NCBI RefSeq assembly: GCF_001194135.2
Contig: NC_068981.1
Location: 182,702,251-182,760,262 of the forward strand
Source: Octopus bimaculoides
Lineage: Eukaryota
Reading direction: 5' to 3'
Length of the DNA: 58,012 nucleotides
Position 1 is the stretch's first letter; every line of letters begins with the position of its first letter. Positions 49,510-58,012 of the stretch are shown one piece after another. The notes beneath the pieces were generated by a model. That model was not told where the DNA came from. It saw only the letters and a list, made by a program, of their open reading frames with translations, and made no database searches. Position numbers and translations under genes: made by a program.

Positions 49510-51940
49510 TGTGTGTGCGTGTGTATGTGTGTGTGCGTTTAATAACGTACCGTATATAGTATGTCTGTATTTTTGTATGCAGTGTAAATTAACGAAATAC
49601 AAGCACGTATATGGAACTGCTAATTTAACGGTAAATGCCACAATAATTATCAAAGAGAGACAACGAATTTTATATTTTACCTTGCATCCTTGCAACTGCT
49701 GAGGTAATTATTAATTGGAAACAGAACAGTAAACGTGTGTCGTTTTAATGGACATGAAAATAAAATTTCGTATTGACACTGACTGGCCCGCACTTCACGC
49801 ATATCAGTCGTAAGGTATGTATGTGTAGATGTGTGTGTGTGTGTTTAATAACCTACCGTATTTAGTATGTCTGCATTTTTGTATGCAGTGTAAATTAATC
49901 CCCCAAAATTACATGTTGATACTCCTGGGGGTCTCATAGTATTACCATGTAAGATTTGATTTGATTTGGTTGGGCCGTTTAAGAATGCATTGGGAGCGGA
50001 TAGAGATACAAAGGATTTTATATATGTATAGATAAGTACTGGAGTCGATTAAATCGAATAAACACTTATACTTAACAAGTAAAAAATAGAAGAATAGAGA
50101 CACACGCACAAAATCGGCTTTATTTTCTCCATAAAACCATTCATTTACACTAAACCTCATTAGGTTGTTTTAACGTACACTTTCAACACACAGCCATAAC
50201 CATGTCAAACAACAGCCAATCATAATCACGTTTAAGAATATGAAATATAATGAGTTAATTATATAAATAATGATTATACTTTCATATACGAAAATGAGGC
50301 TGCAGAACTTGCTCCACTTGATATGATGAGCCTTGTGATGGCGAAACTTGATGTGGCGAAAATACATACATCTATACATATGTGCGTGTGTCTGCATGTT
50401 TGTGAGTGACATATAGGTTTTATGTGTAGTATAGCAAGAACTAAGTACAATTACTCGCGCACCTATTGCTTTGACAATAGGGAAGTATTATATAGCAAGA
50501 TAAAAAAATGTTTAAGAAATAGTGTATCAGGGGAACTGGTATTTATATTTAAATTGTTTGTATTACTGAAGAAACACTACTCGCAATATTCCAGGACTTG
50601 TTTAACCTTGAGGCACAGAATAAATTAAAATTGAAAATAAGAAATATCAAAAATAAAAGAAAATACGAAAACCACTATGGAGCATCTCAAAGATATACCT
50701 TTAATGTTATTGTCATAATTGTATTGGAGTTGTATTGGATTTTTATTTTTATCCGTCACAGACCAATTAAATTGACAGTTGTCTAACATCCATCAAAATA
50801 TAATTGTTTACCAACGATATATTTATATAGAAATTCATTTCTTTTCCTTAGAAAATACACTGTACATATAAAAGACTTTCAAATAAAGATAATGTAAGTT
50901 TATTCATCGACTACATTTCCTCCAGTGAACATGAGTAAAACAGTATGAATTATTGAATACCAACAAGAATTAATGATAAAATATTTTGAAATGTCTTCTT
51001 CTCGCTATTGACATATTTATTTCGATTGAAGTTTTATTACTAATTATAGTTATCATCAAAATTCAGTTGAATAATAATTGCTTCGTGATGGACGGTTTTA
51101 GATATTTTCAAACTGTTAATTGAAATAGAAAAAGAATTAAATGAAACCCATACAAGTGGGGATTTGGAAATAATAAAAGAACAGCAGGAAAATACGAAGA
51201 AAATTGCTATTGTTATTTGATAAAGTAATTAAATATAACAATCATAATTTTATTTGTATATTTAAATTATTTTGTTCAAGTATTTTTTTTAGTAGATGAA
51301 GCTGTCAAATAATAGTTTTACTTAAATGAAAGTTAACATGGGACACAGGAACCACAATTTTTCATTTCTTTAGAGCGAAATGCAGAATCACTTGCTTGAG
51401 CTATTTTGATCAGGAGTATCCATAAATGGGTGATAAAACCTATTATCTTTGGAACGTGACATCCATACTGCAGTGGAAGTTAATTTTATGGGTGCAGGTA
51501 TGACTGTGTTAAGTAATTCTCTTCGCAGCTATTCAATTTCGGTATTTAATCACACTGTGCAGCACCTTGGGTAAATGCCGTTTAACGTAGTCTTGTTAAT
51601 AGAATTTTGTCGGGAGAAACTCGCCAGGGGAGCAGTTCCTGTTTTTTCAGATTGAAGAATTAATTCGTCAATTGGTTTAATACCACCACCTGATCTTTGA
51701 GTGTCTTTTGTGAAGTCCACTCTTTGCAAGACTCCAGGACAAGTCTCTGGTTTGAGAATAACTTTTTCCCTCCCTCCTCATACTCTCAGAGGCGCTTAAA
51801 AAAGGTTGAATGCTGTCTTTCATCCTCTGACAAAATGACAACAAAAAATATCTTAGGCAAAGGCTGTGCCATTTTCCTTGACGTTTTACCAACCAGTAGC
51901 TTTTACTCGTATTCGCCTTTCAGTGTCTCGTTACAGAAGT

Positions 51941-52327
51941 ATTGTTGTTGGCACTTCATCGCTTACGACGTGGAGGGTTCCAGTTGATCTGACCAACGGA
52001 ACAGCCTGCTCGTGAAATTAACGTGCAAGTGGCTGAGCACTCCACAGACACGTGTACCCATAACGTAGTTCTCGAGGATATTCAGCGTGACACAGCGTGA
52101 CAAGGCTGGCCCTTTGAAATACAGGTACAACAGAAACAGGAAGAAAGAGTGAGAGAAAGTTATAGTGGAAGAGTACTGCAGGATTCGCCACCATCCCCTG
52201 CCGAAGCCTCGTGGAGCTTTAGGTGTTTTCGCTCAATAAACACTCACAACGCCCGGTCTGGGAATCGAAACCGCGATCCTATGACCGCGAGTCCGCTGCC
52301 CTAACCACTGGGCCATTGCGCCTCCAC
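51941..52327 (-). mobile_element. tRNA-derived SINE, family A
   Basis: Full length; tacagaa is repeated on both flanks. Confidence 0.9.
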
Positions 52328-53257
52328 TACAGAATACCAAATAATTATTTAGCATTTTCAGTTGGTGGATTTCACTCTCAATTTCACCGTCAACTGAATC
52401 GATATCAGTATTTTACTGGTATTGAATTCATAAAAAAAAAAAAAACTTCGGCTGTAAAGTNNNNNNNNNNCCGTCAACTGAATCGATATCAGTATTTTAC
52501 TGGTATTGAATTCATAAAAAAAAAAAAAACTTCGGCTGTAAAGTTGAGAGTAAAAAACATTCAGTCTGATCGAGATGTTTTTGAATTTATACAAAATCTG
52601 AATGAGACGATTCGGCGCAGCTGTTTAGCCGTAATGAGTTGATACGGCTGACTGGACATTGAACCAGTTTTGGCGACAGTAATTCTTGGCATTGGAGACA
52701 AACACACACACGCGCGCACACACACACATGCACATACACACACATACGCACGCACACACACGCGCGCGCAGAAAATATATGCATACAAATAGAAAGAGGG
52801 AGAAAGAGAGAGATTATAATTTACTAATTGAACAGAAATTGATGTAAATATTTTCCCTCTCCTCCTACATATAAAAAGAAATTCAAGAGGATCAGTTAAT
52901 TATGATTTTCATTCATCATATTCCCCTCTGAGATTCACACACTTATTGCAGCGGTCCTTCAGTTTTTCTAAGCCTTGTAAAGGAAATCGGAAGGTTGACG
53001 CTCCAACCAGGCCTTTCGCGACACCCTTAAAGCCAGGAACTTTTCAACACCCCCCCGGTATATATTGACAAAAGATAAACTCTCTCTCTCTTTCTCTCAG
53101 ATAAACAACGCACACATACACAATTAATAAACGACATAAAAACAGGAGTTACGTAATCAACTTCATTAGCTTATAGCTGTTTGTACAATATATGAAGCAG
53201 TGCACTCTGAGCTGAATGTTTGTGCAAATCAAAGAGCTTCTTCGGAGCTATTATAGG

Positions 53258-53287
53258 TATGTATGTATGTATATATGTATGTATGTA

Positions 53288-53319
<32 letters not shown>

Positions 53320-53471
53320 GGTATATGTGTGTGTATGTATGTGTGTGTATGTATGTATGTGTGTGTATGTGCATGCGTGTTTGTGTACGTATGTATGTAT
53401 ATGTGCGTGTGTTTATGTACGTACGTATGTATGTATGTGTATGAATGTATGTATACATTGCATATATATAC

Positions 53472-53522
<51 letters not shown>

Positions 53523-53600
53523 ATATGTATGTATATATGCATGTATGTATGTGTATTTGTATATATATGTGTATGTGTGTGTATGTGTATATTGTGCATA
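53258..53600. repeat. Compound (TATG)n/(TG)n/(TA)n microsatellite
   Basis: Directly visible. Confidence 0.95.
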
Positions 53601-53974
53601 TATATGCCCAACAGGTTTACATAGTTTTCGCTTCCCAATTTTCACTCACAAGTAATTGGTCTCATTGGACAATCCTAGCTGACATTTTTTCAAACTGGCA
53701 ACCTGTAGGATCAAACTCGGAGCGATGCGATTGGGAAGTGAACCTCTTCACCACGTGACCATTATTAATCCAAATTTTGTACCATTCCTCTCCGGCCAAA
53801 TCTTTTGAAGGAAGTCAGCGTAAGATATCAATAGAAAATAGTCATGTTGCACTTCAGATTAAAACTATATAAGAAGTTAAATCTTTAAAAAAATTAAGAG
53901 AAGAAAGAACTGAAATCTATAGCAAATATAACTCTCTCAGATGCGTAAGTGCGAAAGTGAAAGGTAATAACTTC

Positions 53975-54372
53975 AGTGGCTGTGTGGTAAGTAGCTTGCT
54001 TACCAACCACAAGGTTCTGGGTTCAGTCCCACTGCGTGGCACCTTGGGCAAGTGTCTTCTGCTATAGCCTCGGGCCAACCAAAGCCTTGTGAGAGGATTT
54101 GGTTGACGGAAACTGAAAGAAGCCTGTCGTATATGTATATATATGTATGTATGTGTTTATATGTGTGTGTATGTGTGTATGTTTGTGTGTCGGTGTTTGT
54201 CCCCTAACATCGCTTGACAACCGATGCTGGTGTGTTTACGTCCCCGTAACTTAGCGGTTCGGCGAAAGAGCCCGATAGAATAAGTGCTAGGCTTACAAAG
54301 AATAAGTCTTGGGGTCGATTTCTTCGACTAAAGGCGGTGCTCTAGCATGGCCACAATCAAATGACTGAAACA
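53975..54372 (+). mobile_element. tRNA-derived SINE, family C, full length
   Basis: Head gtggctgtgtggtaagtag..gggttcagtccc, body ggcaccttgggcaagtgtcttc, internal (TG)n and tail ..aaatgactgaaac. Confidence 0.85.
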
Positions 54373-57300
54373 TAATATAAGAAGTACGAGAAACTTGTAT
54401 AAAGCCATTGTGAAGAGAATACAGGGATCTATAAGAAAATAGTAGTGGCCTATTACTTATGTACACCTTGTTCGTGTTGTCTGGCCCCAGATTAGCCTTG
54501 ATCAAGTTGATCTATAATCAAAGACGCAGTTATCGTATCCATACTGTATAATTCATCAGACAAAAATTTATCAAAGGTATTGTTCAATGTTCCATCTTAT
54601 TTAAATGGTTAGACAATAGAGTATGATTTGAGAGGTATTTGATTGCAATTTCTGGCACGAAGAGCGACTACATAGAGGTCACTTTTTTGATTCATTTTGT
54701 ACATGTACGTCAATAGAATTGGCAATGTGTCTTCGTCTATCTCTATTTGTCTGTTCCCTAAAGGAAGTTAATTCTGATATTACTGAATTTATCTCCATTG
54801 GTTGCTGTATATTTATTAGAGTGTCGAGAACTTACTTTTGTGACTATTGGTAATATTAAATAACCATACATCTATAATTAATTGATAGTTAAAAAGTAGT
54901 ATTGTTATTGATAACATATATTTATCATAAATAAATAAGTAATTCATTTCATTCTATTTTATTTTATTTTAATTCAATATGTTTTACTTTGAAAACTAGT
55001 ATTCATTCCATTATTTTCAATAAACACCATAAAATTTGAATAAAGTAAAATTATAATCATTCCACCTATGTAACATTACTTGCAGTGGCAAAATAATATT
55101 TTCTAACATTACCAATATAACAAGTAAAATTCACCAATATTTGTAGCACGTATATTTTAAGATGGTCAAACTGACTCAACCAAGATGGAACAATATATGA
55201 TTGATGCTTCTTAGTTTATAGGTTTTAATACCATAAATAATACTTTAAAAAAGAATAAAAGCGACTGTAAAATATTAATGGCACTAGAAACATCTTAATA
55301 GCTTAACCTTAGTGTCCTTATTCGTTTCATTTCATTTTCTCTTATCGGTCGATCTAATTAGTCTATCCTCATCTCTATTTCTCCAGAATATTGTGAAATT
55401 ATTTTTGTTTGTCTATATCATATATGTTTTGTAAATTCACATGTTTTGTTTTTTTAATTTTGCACTTTTCTTGACCTTCAAAACCTTTTTATCTTAAAGA
55501 TCGCGTTGCAGATTTGGGTAATTTAACTCGTATAAATATATACACTCGCACATTAGTGTGTGCATACACATTAGACACACGCATGCGTAAAACAAGTATT
55601 TGCGAGTATAATTGAAATATGAGGATTTTTGTTGATTAGAATATCTGAAAAAGAAAAATCTCAAATTTATTTGCTATTAATGTAATGTTCTAAGAATTAA
55701 GTCCTCGAATCTTTTTATATAAACTTTTACAGCTTTATATAACGAAACGAAATGTTTTTTTTTTATCAATTTTTCCGAGACAGAAAGGATATTTTATGAG
55801 ATTGATTACTCCTAAAGGTTCATTGAAGAGAATTAAAATTTCCGTCTTGTCTTTTATTCAACTCTTTACGGGCTTGTTTTTCTATTCATTGGGCGACAAC
55901 AATAATATAAAAAGTATACTTATAGGTTTTTAAATACAGTGTAGTACCTTTTGACATCCTGAAGTCTTATATATAAGAATCCTTTTAAGAAGAACAAGAA
56001 TCAAACATAATTAAGTCATGTTATTACTTACACATCTGAGAGAAACAAAATAATTATAAGACTATTGTGTGCAAGGAAAGCTGCGGTTACAGTGGTATTG
56101 TTCTTATACGACGATTTTGTCTCTTCAGTCATTCAATATCCATCGTATATCATCGCTGATTCAGTCATTGTCTATTCGAGTAACGATGTAATGCTCAGAG
56201 CAGCATTTCCATCATTTTGATTCCAAAGAATAACATCTGTCAATGAAAATTCTGAGAGCTGAATTTCACCATCAAAAATCGTAAGTCATTCAGCTGGGAA
56301 TATATGCCTTGCGAATCACATTACAAAGATTTATGTAATTGGAGAAATGTTATCCTTCGTAAAAGACTGCCGTATTTCGAACATTCTTAATACAAAGGAA
56401 AAGTTAGTAAAAACAAAGAAAGAAATAGTTGAGCAACAGAAATTTTGTTAGGATTTACGTATCCAAACAGTAAGAGGAAATATAAACAAGTCTCATTTTT
56501 TTACCAAAAGTTCCTGAGAACTATGTGCTCAGTTTTTAATAAAAGAGCCTTCAAATACAAGTAATTTTAAAGGGGTAACTTTTATATAGAAACTGGACAA
56601 TACAAACAACACTAAGTTCTTTAGGACTTGCACAAGTATTTAGTTTTGAGATTAAACACATTTTTTTCAATAGGAATTGATATTACTTGAGATTTAATAA
56701 ACATTTTGCATCATTGCAAATTGAATGAGATGCAGAAAAACACTTGGATTTCTCTGAAGAAATTTGTTTTTCTTTCCTTGCTCGCATTGCAGTAACCAAG
56801 TTTCTATAAATCACAGTCTTTAAGATCTTTCTCATGATTGCAAGATAAGGACTATCTCAAGGTCTGATCAGTCAGTCACTCATAATTCGTTACAAACCGA
56901 GTAGTTTGAGAGAAATCATAAGTCCCATTATTGAAATTCATTTCTTTGTTTAAATATAATACACCAAACCTATGAATAATATGAAGCGAGCTTGACTCTT
57001 GGTTTGCATCGAACATCACATCTCCCTTTCTAAATAATCGTCTGGTCTCACTGCTATGAGTTATACATGACAGAGCAATTGCATTCGCACTTTAAAGCAA
57101 GAACTTTTCTAAAAGACTCCACTGCAAGGAAAATTGGCACTCAATACTTCATCAGGATGGCATCGAAATTATTGATAGTTGACAGATAATGAGGTGATAG
57201 AAGTATTTTATAATCAAGTCATCCACATGATTTAATGATAAAATAACACTATTGCTTGTGTTGTACGAAAGTGTATTGATTTCAGGAACAAGTGTTGAGA

Positions 57301-58012
57301 AGCTAATGTGTTTTGATGTTATTTTAGATTTCTTTCCCTTCGGCATTGCGTTGCTATAGCAATATTAAAGCAGCAGCTTCCTATTTCTTTCGTGACCATT
57401 CTTGTATCGATGATGGCATTCAGGACATATTAGAAATTAGTTTCCATTTGCTTGAAAATTGCTATTTCCCCTTACCTCCCTCTCCACATGATGTAGTTAA
57501 GATAATAGCAAAATTATTTCTCCAATTCGAAGACATGACAAGTCACGGAACCAGAATAATTCTAAATCAACAAAGAGGAAAATAATATTCCTAGTTTATC
57601 TGACAAAATAAATACTGCCATATTTCTTTAATACTATATAATCTCCTATTCTCAAATGGTTTCAACATATAGCATTTTTCTTTCTAATTTTTCTCCTTCA
57701 ATTCAATATTTTATTTTTATTGATAGAATGCGAAAAAGCAGAATCTCATTTTTATCTTATCATTTTGATAATACTTTACCCCTTTAATATGTTTGAAACT
57801 TGAACTATTCTCACATCGTTTTATAGCTGTCTCATTTATTATACTACATTAATCCAGGGTGGCAGGAAAATGTTAGATCCCAGAATCGTTGGTTTTTAAT
57901 TTCAGTTTGCGACTAAAGTTTCATTTCTATCAGTAATCATATACCAGACGGTCTGATCAAGCAATTACTAGGATTAACAACTAATATATCAATTCAGGTA
58001 AAAATCAACAGG

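Noticed and set aside
52387-52544. Tandem ~74-bp duplication
   Set aside because: Identical copies either side of a 10-N gap; contig overlap artefact.
56140-56290. Minus-strand frame LTIFDGEIQLSEFSLTDVILWNQNDGNAALSITSLLE*
   Set aside because: An in-frame stop lies between it and the nearest acceptor; no homology recognised.

Overview
AT-rich, repeat-dense eukaryotic scaffold with about 10 N-gaps. The repeat repertoire (tRNA-head SINEs, RTE/Dong/Penelope LINEs, Helitron, mariner, CA/TA/TAA microsatellites) suggests an invertebrate, most likely an octopod cephalopod; this is an inference, not a verified identification. Two host protein genes are well supported, both on the + strand with uninterrupted CDSs: CEBPZ/Noc1/Mak21 (15488-18550) and dCMP deaminase DCTD (27032-27646). 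Nearly everything else is transposon debris, often nested, with target-site duplications (TSDs) readable by eye. No prokaryotic system, CRISPR array or true tRNA/rRNA gene is present, and I found no convincing new multi-gene system. The best leads are: (1) two near-perfect ~80-90 nt hairpins bracketing a SINE fragment just upstream of DCTD; (2) two neighbouring intron-free housekeeping CDSs; (3) an RT-less, ORF1-only L1/Tx1-like element with an apparent empty target site beside it; (4) a Merlin-like element with double inverted repeats; (5) SINEs that swap head, body and tail modules; (6) a possible unannotated minus-strand spliced gene between CEBPZ and DCTD.
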